The translations under genes were made by a program, and so were the position numbers. Below the pieces are notes generated by a model. That model had not been told where the DNA came from. It did not search any database and saw only the letters and a list, made by a program, of their open reading frames with translations. DNA of 64,000 bases from Amphiscolops sp. MND2022 (lineage: Eukaryota). Numbering within the stretch: the stretch's first letter is position 1; each line of letters begins with the position of its first letter. This document shows positions 1-10,249 of this stretch, in pieces. The stretch covers positions 14,510,001 to 14,574,000 of the forward strand of contig OZ076409.1 in assembly GCA_964187785.1 (NCBI GenBank). The letters are read 5' to 3'.

Positions 1-2
1 CT

Positions 3-629
3 AGTATCGTTAAGACAGTTTCTAATTTACCTAATGACAAAAACTAAAGTCAATTTAGTTTAGAACCTGTTACGCAAAGCGCCTTCGGTGAAGGTAATCC
101 AAATTTATTCACAATTAACCCTACTAATCCCCAACAAGTATTAATTAAAGGTTCAACGATGACTTTCCAGAATGATAACACGTATAATTTAAATGATCCC
201 GATCTTCAATATTTTATGACTAATACACAAACAGATAAAGAAATACAAAACGAGAATCTAATTCATTCTTTTCTGAATGATATGAAATATAATTTAAATT
301 ATGGAGATAAAAAATCAAAGAGATATTATTTTATTAAAGATTTGATTAATCAATATAAGTATAGTGAGATCCCTTATCGAGAGATCCCTTATCGAGACTC
401 CCCATGGGGAAGTGGATTAAATTTTGTTTTTCTTCCATCTGATCTTAATGAACTTGTAGATCAATTAAAACTACTTTATTTTGAAAAAGTAGGAGGAAAT
501 GATAACCCTATGCTTAATGAACAAATTATAGCAATTGCAGATAAATTATTACAGTACCAATGCATTACAACAAATCAACATCAAAACATTCTTTCAGCTT
601 TTACTAAAAAGGATCAGTTTGTGGATTAA
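3..629 (+). pseudogene. Polinton-associated hypothetical protein, C-terminal part (ORF track 159..629)
   Basis: C-terminal GSG-x-FLPSDxNELVDQLKLL...GN..NEQIIAIADKLL resembles a motif common in Polinton/adintovirus ORFs. The frame stays open upstream of 159 except for one TAA at 45-47. Confidence 0.6.
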
Positions 630-682
630 AGGTTTTATACTCCGGATTAGATTCATTACATATTTTTTTACCTACTCCCATT

Positions 683-1606
683 TTAATCTTCTAACCTATT
701 TATTAATAAATAGTTGTATTTTTCTTTCCATGCCTCTCTGCACAATTCCTTGAATTCGTCATAAGACATATCAAAACCAGCTATGTCTCTATAAATGTGT
801 TCTACATCTTTCAATGTTTGTTGAAATAAAATTATGATATTACTATTGTTTCTAATTGTTCTTTTAGGTAAATCAAAGTATGACTGTGATAAATAATAAA
901 CATCTAAATCGTTATGTCTTCCCCTAGTAAAAAATGGATCTATTAATTTCTGTGAAGTGTCCAACATATCATCAAATACAACACAACAATTTTGAAAATC
1001 TTGAATACTTCTGTCTTCTAGATCTTCTTCCACTGAAACATCTTCTATTTCAATTTTATTGTATTGTTCCGGACTCCTCGTAATGATACATATCTTTTGT
1101 TCAGGATTATCTAAGCGAATTAATTGTAATTTGTTTAATAACAAATGGGTCTTACCACAAAATGATGGGCCAACTATCAATGTCCTATTACAATTATTAT
1201 CAATTTGATTATTATTATCATCAATTTGATTATTATGATTTTCATTATCATCATCAATTTGATTTTCATTATCATCATCAATTTGATTATTATCAATTTG
1301 ATTATTATCATCATCAATTTGATTTTCATTATCATCGTCAATTTGATTATTATTTAAATAATATACATCTTCTAATAAATTAATACATCTTTTTAAATGT
1401 TTTGATAAATAAGTTTCATTGAATTCTTTATTACAGAATTCACATTTTACTTTTTTATTGAAACATTCTATACATGTACTATACAATTTACCATTTCTAT
1501 ATTTGTAGAAATCTGTTTTCAGTATATTGCACACTTTACATCTTTTTTTATTCTCACAATCGGAGCAGACAGATTTTTCATTACTTTTTCCACAAATTAA
1601 ACACAT
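683..1606 (-). CDS. A32/FtsK-HerA-type genome packaging ATPase with N-terminal Cys-rich (zinc-binding) region and Asn/Asp repeat linker
   Basis: Walker A GPSFCGKT, Walker B VVFDDM, FTRGRH arginine-finger motif, SQSYF, IRNN. N-terminal CxxC pairs and a CxxC...HxxxC unit. Confidence 0.9.
   Translation of the reverse strand: MCLICGKSNEKSVCSDCENKKRCKVCNILKTDFYKYRNGKLYSTCIECFNKKVKCEFCNKEFNETYLSKHLKRCINLLEDVYYLNNNQIDDDNENQIDDDNNQIDNNQIDDDNENQIDDDNENHNNQIDDNNNQIDNNCNRTLIVGPSFCGKTHLLLNKLQLIRLDNPEQKICIITRSPEQYNKIEIEDVSVEEDLEDRSIQDFQNCCVVFDDMLDTSQKLIDPFFTRGRHNDLDVYYLSQSYFDLPKRTIRNNSNIIILFQQTLKDVEHIYRDIAGFDMSYDEFKELCREAWKEKYNYLLINRLED
1187..1355 (-). repeat. Coding minisatellite (NNQIDDD-type units) inside ATPase 1
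   Basis: About 8 imperfect copies of atcatcaatttgatt on the + strand, with frame kept. Confidence 0.9.
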
Positions 1607-1629
1607 CTTTTATTTAGTAAAAAATCACT

Positions 1630-1726
1630 AAATCACTAAGCAAATTCACTAAGGGTTTATCTTTTTAAGTGTAACATGTTTGCTTAGTGACAAAAAAATG
1701 CTCTTAGTGAATTTGCTTAGTGATTT
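1630..1726. promoter_or_regulatory. Perfect 24-bp inverted repeat with CACTAAG iterons between the two ATPase genes
   Basis: aaatcactaagcaaattcactaag (1630-1653) and cttagtgaatttgcttagtgattt (1703-1726). The structure is seen directly; the regulatory role is inferred. Confidence 0.6.
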
Positions 1727-1763
1727 TACTAAGAAAATTACTAAGAAATCAAACCCATTATTT

Positions 1764-2792
1764 TTATTTTAAACTATTTGTAATGCTAGATTTACCGTAA
1801 TTAATTGCTTGTTCCATTATTATATTCTTGAAATCTTCTTTAAGTTTATCTGAAATTAGTGGTTGTTGCATTCTATCGATGTAGTTGTCTATTTTAGATT
1901 CATTTACTTTAATTTTATTTTGTTTACAATAATATACATAATAAAAAGCTACATTAAAAGGTGTTATTCCAATTGTTTGATCTGACATATCTTCTAGGAA
2001 TATTTTAAGTTTGTTGTATTCTTCACCTGTAAAGAAATAACTTTCATATTTTACATAATCCTCAGGACTCCATTTATGTTTAGTTGTATCGTAGGTTAGT
2101 TGGTATTTGTGGTTGAGTATTTTATACTTTTGTGATCTAGTATCAAATTCAATTACACCAAATTCTAACTGACTACGATATTGTTTCCATTTGAGATCTT
2201 CTTTGATTGAATAAGTTTGTATTATGGTTTCAAAGAAACTATCTGGATTATTTATTGTGATATATAATTTAAAACAATTCTCTCTCACTATTGGGAGAAC
2301 ATCCTTTGCATAGTGAGCAAGGTATATAACTTGTATATTATTGTGTCTACCAAACCGAAATAAGTCTTCTTCTTTTGTTCTGAGTTGTTTGAATGCACCT
2401 GCATCATCTAGTATAATTGTTGTATTAGCAAGTGATTCAATACCTATTTTTTCTAACTGCAACAAAGGTATATAATTATCTTTAAACTCACTTTCATCTC
2501 TACCGAATACTATAAAATCGTTTTTAGTTTGATCTAAATAATACTTAAGGAAACTAGTCTTACCTGATCCACTAGTACCATAAATTAACATATGACAGTT
2601 TGTATTTGTATTTGGTGAAGTAAGTTCTTGTTCTTCTTCTTTGTTAGTTAAATGAGAATGTTTAAATCCTTTAAATTGTTTTAGTTTTTGGTTTAATTTT
2701 TTATAATAATTAGGTCTAATATAATACCAATACACCCACAAAATTATAATAAAAATTACACACAATAAACCTATATAAAATTTTTTATTCAT
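1764..2792 (-). CDS. Second A32/FtsK-like P-loop ATPase with N-terminal transmembrane helix
   Basis: FYIGLLCVIFIIILWVYWYYI at the N-terminus; Walker A GTSGSGKT, Walker B IILDDAG, FRFGRH, VREN. Confidence 0.85.
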   Translation of the reverse strand: MNKKFYIGLLCVIFIIILWVYWYYIRPNYYKKLNQKLKQFKGFKHSHLTNKEEEQELTSPNTNTNCHMLIYGTSGSGKTSFLKYYLDQTKNDFIVFGRDESEFKDNYIPLLQLEKIGIESLANTTIILDDAGAFKQLRTKEEDLFRFGRHNNIQVIYLAHYAKDVLPIVRENCFKLYITINNPDSFFETIIQTYSIKEDLKWKQYRSQLEFGVIEFDTRSQKYKILNHKYQLTYDTTKHKWSPEDYVKYESYFFTGEEYNKLKIFLEDMSDQTIGITPFNVAFYYVYYCKQNKIKVNESKIDNYIDRMQQPLISDKLKEDFKNIIMEQAINYGKSSITNSLK

Positions 2793-2806
2793 TTATTAGG
2801 AAGTAA

Positions 2807-3667
2807 ATGAGTGAAAAGAAGAAAGAAATTGCTAAAGAAAAATTCTCTCCTGTAATTGAAAAGTTTGATCGTATTAAAATAATTCCCCATTATAAAGATG
2901 AGTGTTGGAGTATTGATTTGATAGACAGATCTAGCTTATCAAAATATAATAAAAACTACAAGTTTATTTTTACAATAATTGATTACCATACTAAATATGC
3001 ATGGGCGATTCCCCTCAAAGATAAATCAGGAAAAAGTACAACTACTGCATTAAAAGGTCTCATTGAAAAAGAGAAGAGAAAACCACACAAAATATGGAGT
3101 GATAGAGGTAAAGAATTTTACAACACAACATTTTTACACTATTTAATAGAGCAAAACATTCAAATTTATTCAACCCATTCAGATTTGAAGGCTGTTTTTG
3201 TTGAACGTTTCAAAGGAACACTTCTGGACTTAATTAAGGAACCAATGTATATTGAGGGTAAAGCTTGTTGGTTGAATCACATTAATAATGCTTTGGATAA
3301 GTATAATAATCGTGTTCATGGAACAACAAAAATGACACCATTTGAAATGGTTTCCAATACTAATAAAATTAATAATATTAAAATTAATAAAAATGAAAAA
3401 TTACCCAAATTGCAAGTGGGAGACTATGTGAGAGTTCCTGATAAACGCAATTTATATAGTAAAGTTTATACAACAAATTGGAATAGAGAATTTTTCAAAA
3501 TACATAAAATTAATCCAACTAACCCAGTTACGTATGGTTTAGTAGATGAAAACAACGAACAAATAGAAGGAAAATATTATGAACAAGAACATTTAAGAAG
3601 TATATTCAACTTTAAATCTAACAACAAAACGTTAGAAAGTATGAATATTTTCCATCGAAATGAGTAA
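2807..3667 (+). CDS. Retroviral-like (rve) Polinton integrase
   Basis: DDE core: WSIDLID, IWSDRGKEF, FVERF. Also YNNRVH..TKMTP, VGDYVR, TNW..E.F, GKYYEQE. No C-terminal chromodomain visible. Confidence 0.93.
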   Translation: MSEKKKEIAKEKFSPVIEKFDRIKIIPHYKDECWSIDLIDRSSLSKYNKNYKFIFTIIDYHTKYAWAIPLKDKSGKSTTTALKGLIEKEKRKPHKIWSDRGKEFYNTTFLHYLIEQNIQIYSTHSDLKAVFVERFKGTLLDLIKEPMYIEGKACWLNHINNALDKYNNRVHGTTKMTPFEMVSNTNKINNIKINKNEKLPKLQVGDYVRVPDKRNLYSKVYTTNWNREFFKIHKINPTNPVTYGLVDENNEQIEGKYYEQEHLRSIFNFKSNNKTLESMNIFHRNE

Positions 3668-3684
3668 TTATATTTAAATAAATA

Positions 3685-4389
3685 ATGTCAATTCATAAAT
3701 TTGGTTATAGTGCCTAAAGCTTACAAAAAGATAAGATTGAGAATTTAGAAAAAGAATTGGAATCACAAACCAAATTAATCAACATAAAACTTAATGATAT
3801 GCAAAGCACCATAAATGGTATGACTGATAACCTACAAAGTGTACAAGAAATTAATTTTGATGATGGTGAAACCAAGGTAGTAGTCAATGCAAAGTTATTC
3901 TTAGACATAAATAAAAATATAGAAGACTTGAAAATCAACCTGAAATACATAGAACAAGATGTTAAAAATAAATTTTTAGAAAAGAAAAAAGAAATAATTT
4001 TGGATGCTGCCAAGTTAGTAGAAGAACAACAAACCATTTTACGTAATCATTTTGAGAGAAACCTTATTTCAGAATTGGAAAAATGTAAAAATCAAGCAGT
4101 CAAAGATACTATTCAATTACGATACAACAAAGGATTGTTTGATTCATTTGAAAATAAAGACCAAATCTTTAATGAGTACTTATATTTTAGTGATGAAAAC
4201 CTGTTGGAAAAATACGGAAAAGAAATAAAGACATCAGATGGTGTGTATTATTTATCTGATTTAGATTATTCAACGCGAGAAGATATCGTGTATTCCTTAA
4301 AAATAGATGAATACAAAGATATTGTTGACCTTAAATACAGAATGAAACTAACCGATACTGAGATTAATTTTATACTTTTTGAACAATAA
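3685..4389 (+). pseudogene. Polinton hypothetical coiled-coil-rich protein with premature stop
   Basis: ATG at 3685 (MSIHKFGYSA) is in frame with ORF 3757..4389 (which starts on TTG), separated by TAA at 3715-3717. Confidence 0.65.
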
Positions 4390-4496
4390 ACCTTTGGTTT
4401 GGTGTTGGTAAAAGTTGGGAAACCAACTTTTCTGAAAACTAATTTGTAAAATTTAAACTAAATACTTTATAAAATTAAGTTTTTATTTAAAGTTAA

Positions 4497-5018
4497 ATGA
4501 GTGAAAAATTGTACCCATGTTTACAACCAAGTGATAATCTTGATTTGCGATTGAAAGAAATAAATAGTTTTAATAATTCAATTCAAAAAATAAAAGATAT
4601 TCAAAATTTTTATAATCATGAAGCTAAAAAGTATAAAAAGAAATCTAAAATAAATAAAATTATAAACGGTTTAATTCAATCTGTTGATGGAGTTTCAGTA
4701 CTAGCAGTATCATCAACATGTGTCACGTTGAGTGTCACAGAAGTTGGACTTATTGTTGTACCCATCGCGAGTGGTTTTGGTGCAGGTTTATGTATATTCA
4801 GTAAAATTGCTGGAGAGTATCTGAAAAGAAAAGAACAACACAATATTAAAAAATATACTCTTGCTGGTAGAACACTAAATGATTTCTGTAAACTACATTC
4901 GAAATGTTTAGAAGATAATAAAATAGATCTGAATGAATACAACAAATTAAAACAACCATACGATGTGTATAAAAACAATAAAACTAAACTAAATTCTGAG
5001 TTTACTTTTTTAGGATAA
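4497..5018 (+). CDS. Polinton hypothetical protein with central hydrophobic, Gly-rich helical hairpin (possibly membrane-active)
   Basis: TAAATG start; LYP..L..RLKEI N-terminus; hydrophobic GVSVLAVSSTCVTLSVTEVGLIVVPIASGFGAGLCIFSKIAG between Lys-rich helices. Confidence 0.7.
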   Translation: MSEKLYPCLQPSDNLDLRLKEINSFNNSIQKIKDIQNFYNHEAKKYKKKSKINKIINGLIQSVDGVSVLAVSSTCVTLSVTEVGLIVVPIASGFGAGLCIFSKIAGEYLKRKEQHNIKKYTLAGRTLNDFCKLHSKCLEDNKIDLNEYNKLKQPYDVYKNNKTKLNSEFTFLG

Positions 5019-5079
5019 ATATCTTAAGTAAAAATAGAATCAGTATAAAATTTAAATCCTAATTTTTATTCCTATTTAA

Positions 5080-6307
5080 ATGGAAATATTTTCATTGAAA
5101 AACAAACATGCTATGGATAAACCTATTCATAAAATTGATTTTATTAAATATAGTCCAAGTAGTTTAGCTACAATCAACAATAATTATTCAAATATTTCCA
5201 TCATCTTCCCAAGAGAAGATGCATATATTTGTTTACAAAACTCATATATATCATTAGAATATGAAGTTCTTAAAAATGATGATACAAGATATGCAGATGG
5301 TGATCAAATAAGCTTGGTTAACTTTGGACCCGTTGCTTTATTTAGTGAAGCTAAGTTAACTACTAGTTCGGGCAAGCATTTAGAAAAAGTTGATAATCTA
5401 CACCCCATTTCATTGATGTACAAACTTTTAACATCTAATCAACAAACAAGTCAATTGATGTATGGGTTTGAAGAATCACAAGCAACTAGAAGACAAGAAC
5501 TAACAAACAATAAAACAGAAAAAGGAACCTTTTTGTTAGAATAAAACTGAAAGACTTGTTCGGATTTGCTGATCAAGAAAAAAATTTTATGGATTGGGTT
5601 ACAGTCTCACATTAAAACGTAATAATAATAATGATCCTATTATCAGGGACAATGGTGTGGATGCTGCAAAAATAAATATAAAAGACATCTCCTGGTACAT
5701 TCCACACTACACACCATCAATGGAAAACCAACAACTCGTGATGGATCAAATAATAGACAAAGATCCAACTGAATTATATTACATGGAACGGATTGTATTT
5801 AGAAAAGATGTTAACACGAATAACAATTGGACATTTGAATTAGGTAATAGTGGCGAATCAACACCAAGTTTTATAATTGTTGCTTTTCAAGCTAGAAATA
5901 AAATTGATTCACAAACACATGATAATGCAATATTTGATCGTTTGCCTGTTTCAAATGCAGTTTGTAAAATAGTATCAGAAAAATATCCCGATGATGGAAT
6001 AGAATGTGATTATGATAGAGACAAATATGATCAAGCATACAGTGAAATTGAAAACTTCAATTTGTTAAAAAGTGAAACTAATCTACTCAATCCATTTATT
6101 GATTTACACAAATTCAGAATAAATTACAATTTTAATGTATTTGATTTATCCAAACAAAAAGATAATATTGCCAGTCAACCTATTAGATTAGAATTTAAAT
6201 TTAATGCTGCCATTGATGTAGCAGATTATATAGCTTATGCCGTAGTCCTAACACCTAAACTGATAAGTATCAATAGTGATGGACAAAGGCATTTTGATTT
6301 ATTATAA
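5080..6307 (+). pseudogene. Double-jelly-roll major capsid protein (Polinton PY/hexon), frameshifted
   Basis: ORFs 5080..5544 and 5594..6307 join through a third-frame segment VRIKLKDLFGFADQEK. Frameshifts fall at the T-run 5530-5534 and near 5578-5588. Motifs ALFSEAKL, ISWYIPH, P.FIIVAFQ, YP, VFDLSKQ resemble Polinton MCPs. Confidence 0.8.
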
Positions 6308-6465
6308 GCAAAGCTCTTTCAGTAAATAAATATAATATAAACATATTAATACAGCTTTGCTGATATGATAAATAAATTTATAAAATAATATATTTATTTT
6401 TATAAAATGATAATATAATAATATATTTATTTTTATATAATGATAATATAATAATATTTTTATTT

Positions 6466-6860
6466 TTATAAAACATGTGCTCGATCACTTATCAACTTCA
6501 CAAGTTGTTGATGGGTGAGTGCTTGTTTCCAATACCAAACAATCCAATATATTTCTTCATCTGTTTTATTTATAGTTAATTCTTTATAATACAAACCAAT
6601 TAATTTCAAACAATATATACAAGGACAATCGCCTTTTTGAGTGTAATTTTCCCATGGTAAACTTTGTATTGGATTTATATACAAACGTTTATCGTCAAAA
6701 GGATTCAAACACAACTTAGGTTGTTTTTCAACTGTAAGGTTGTGTAAATTAGATCTAATTGATATATTTGTAGAACTTGATGTTTCTGAATTAAACAATG
6801 AATTTTTGTAGTGTTCACATTTGGGAGCTTTTTGTATTCCTTTTTGTTTCGCTTTTTGAA

Positions 6861-6948
<88 letters not shown>

Positions 6949-9900
6949 GTAACTAAAAGAATATGACTTTGATCGTAATGCTGTGAAGGTATCTAACACC
7001 AAAACTGGACTTGTTTCAATTTTTATTTTTCCTATAACTTTCTTGTTAAAAGGATTATATAATTCATGCGATTTATCCAATTCACTGAAATCAAATTCAT
7101 CTTTATTTTGTTGTAAAAAGTTTATTAGTTCTTGGTGGCTTGTATCAAAACTATCAGTATCCATGTAGTGTAGTTGTACTTTATTTTGCCAATATGATTG
7201 TAATTTGTTATAATAAAATTCATACATTAATAGTTTTGATAGTTCTAAAACTGTAAAACCTAAATAAATTGGTTTATCAAAGACTGTTTTTTCTTTATCA
7301 AACTTGTACACACTAAACTTAGAATAATGATCCACAATGCCTTTGAAACTTAACTTGGATTGTCTTTTTATTATTTGATCTATTTGAGAATGATCAATGA
7401 ATTCTAGATTGGTTCTATCTCTTACATTTTCCATTGTCTTACCAAAGAAAGCATTGTTCATTAATTAATAAAGATCCTTTTCAACGTTTGATTTCGCTAC
7501 TGTGCGTTTCTGAGTATTATGATCGAAATATTTACCTAACCATGGACTTTGTTTAAACTTATAAATAGTATGTATCTTCGTTACTTTCATCCCTTGGTTA
7601 AGATAAAACTTGAACATCCTATAATGTATCATATATTTCGATTTATTGGTTACATCACACATAGGTTTTGATGTTGGTTTGTAATTAGGTTGATTTACAT
7701 TATTCATATAACCTGAGAATAAGTTTGGATCTGCTTTTGTTTGATACGGACAAAAAGGAAAGTTTTTTGTTTTTTCTTTAATTTCAACAGGATATTCTAA
7801 ATCACATTCTATGAAGAATCCATATTCATTATCGTCTGGAATAAATCTTAAATCTGCTACTATTTGTTCTAGTTCATTATCTTCTGGAAAATTTAATTTT
7901 TCAAATTCACCAATAGGAAGATATTGACTCATTGCCCATCCATACAAATTATTTGCATCGATATATAAGATTTGTTTATTCTCATCAGATTGCACATGCC
8001 TATTACCCATAACACTTGAAATTCCTCCACGTATATTGTTTTCTAAAAGTAATAATAATTCTTTACATTTTATATAATCTAATTTAATATTAGTCAACTT
8101 CAATCCTGCTTTCCATGTATAACCAGGTAGAGAGTAACTATACAAAGGATTAATTTTATATTCTCGTGTAGAACTTTCCACAAAGTTTTCAAATACATCA
8201 GCTAATTGAAGAACATCCATTTTTAAATATAACATAGTTAAATCTTGTCCGTTCTTCATATAATTTTTATCAATTATTTCTTGGGTTCTTTTTATATCAT
8301 CATCTGATGGATAAGATTGTGTTAATGTTGACCAATAATCTTCTTTGGTTAGATTTAATGGTTCCTGAAAGTTATCAATATTTAAGTATTCATATAGATA
8401 AACTAATTTCTTTTTGAATAAATCATCACTCATTCGTTCCAATTTCATGATAGGAAAATTGTCTAAACTCTTAACTAATTTATCTAAACTGGAAGAAAGA
8501 AATCGGTATGAGTCTAAGAATCTCAAACAACCTACTTGTACACTAACATAATTTTCCAGTGATTTTGGAATTATCGTTGGATTATAATTTTGATTGTATG
8601 CTTCGGTTAAAAGTTCTTCAAGTATAAGATGACAATCATACCCCGAAAAGTTGTGGAAAAATATAGGAATAAAACTTGATGACCTTTGTTTACAATTTAT
8701 GTTACATATATTATGAGCTGCTCCTCTGTATTTTCCTGTTAGATGATCATGATCTCTAACCTTAGTATTATCGAGTGGATTTTCACAAAGCCAACACTCT
8801 TCTGCAAGTTGAAATTGTACTTCTTCTTCTTGACTCATTTCTAATTCTAAATTTGTTTTAAAATATTTTGATGCAATTTTTACTAAAGTCAACATTCTAT
8901 TTACAAACCACGTGGTACAATCTATTCCAAACTATGAATAGTAATAATTTCCGAATGGTGAAATTACATAATATCCTACTGCAATTGGAATTTGTTTGAA
9001 TAACACGTTGGGGGTATTTTGAGGTTGATTGATACATTCAAAATCTGCATATACTCTTCTTGGTACAGGAACTTTCATATGATAATCTTCGAACTTTAAC
9101 TGATCCTTCCAACTGAATGTGATTTTAGTTGGTTGTTGTTTTATACATCTTTCCATATGATCAATAAGAACTGGTTGTGAACTAAATGCTGTTAAACATC
9201 TTCTACATACATGTTTCATATGTGAATCTTTATTTATTAGACAATGCAACCTTGTTATTAGACAATAGTGATTTTGATATAATAATAAATCTATTTGTGG
9301 TTGTAAGTAATTTTTGTTAACGTGGATTGGTGTTAAAACATTTCCAGTGAGTTCAAATACATTTATATTTAAATTATTTAGGTTTTCGAACTTGGGAATA
9401 TCTTTAACTTTCATAGGGAACTCTAATCCTTTCAGGTTGAGTTTATTTAAATGAATAATATATTTTGATATTCTATCTTTATGATTCTCAACTGGATACA
9501 ACTGGGCTAAAATACACCATAAAAAACAATATTGATCATTATTCTTTATATTTATGATTGATTTATTATCCCTATATTTTCCTGGTAATTCAATATATGA
9601 TGAAGCTTGAAATAACTTTATATATTTCTAAAATAACTTCATCTATTTCTTGAAACACAAAACCTGATCCTTCTAATTGTTCATCATCTAATTTCTGCAT
9701 TAATGTGTTATGAGTATCTTGTTGTGTGTTGTTATACGTTAGATTTGATTTTATCCATCTTTTAAATACTTCTTTTTCTCCATTGACTATTTTTGAAAAT
9801 TTAGCTAGATAACTCAATTGATATTTATATCGGGGAAAATAATTTTTACTAAGTAATTCATTTATATGATCTTCGAGATTACTAGTTGGATTTATTTTAA

Positions 9901-10243
9901 GTTTAATGTATGTATTTTCATTCATAATTATTTCTACTCCATTACCGAAATTTTGCATGTTTTCCCGTTGACGGTTTTGTAAATGAATTTCACTTTGGAA
10001 ATGTCTTGTTGTATCAGATATATATTTACTACAATCTTCACACCAAACACGTCGTTGTTCGGTTTTATTTTTATGTTCATCTGAACTTAAATGAGAAATT
10101 TTATCTGAGATAGGCATATATAAATTACATTTTTTACAATAATATTGATCTAATTTTTCAAGATGTTTTACTGATTTTAAATGATCAGACTTGAAAACTT
10201 TTTTATAATTTAAATTACAAATACTACAATTCTCCATTTCCAT
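6466..10243 (-). pseudogene. polB: Protein-primed family B DNA polymerase with N-terminal zinc fingers and endonuclease VII-like insert; disrupted
   Basis: Exo motifs VYADFE, FHNFSGYD, YLKMDV; pol motifs YIDANNLYG, (K>*)LMNNAFFGK, YMDTDSF; EndoVII-like CWLC...DHDHLTGKYRGAAHNICN. Frameshift near 9612, TAG at 8932-8934, TAA at 7465-7467. Confidence 0.95.
6862..6948 (-). repeat. (AAT)28 AAC microsatellite encoding 29 Asn inside polB
   Basis: 87-bp att run, in frame. Confidence 0.97.
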
Positions 10244-10249
10244 TTATTA

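Noticed and set aside
6362..6465. AT-only duplicated segment between MCP and polB as a special element
   Set aside because: Adequately explained as a convergent 3' intergenic region with a short tandem duplication.
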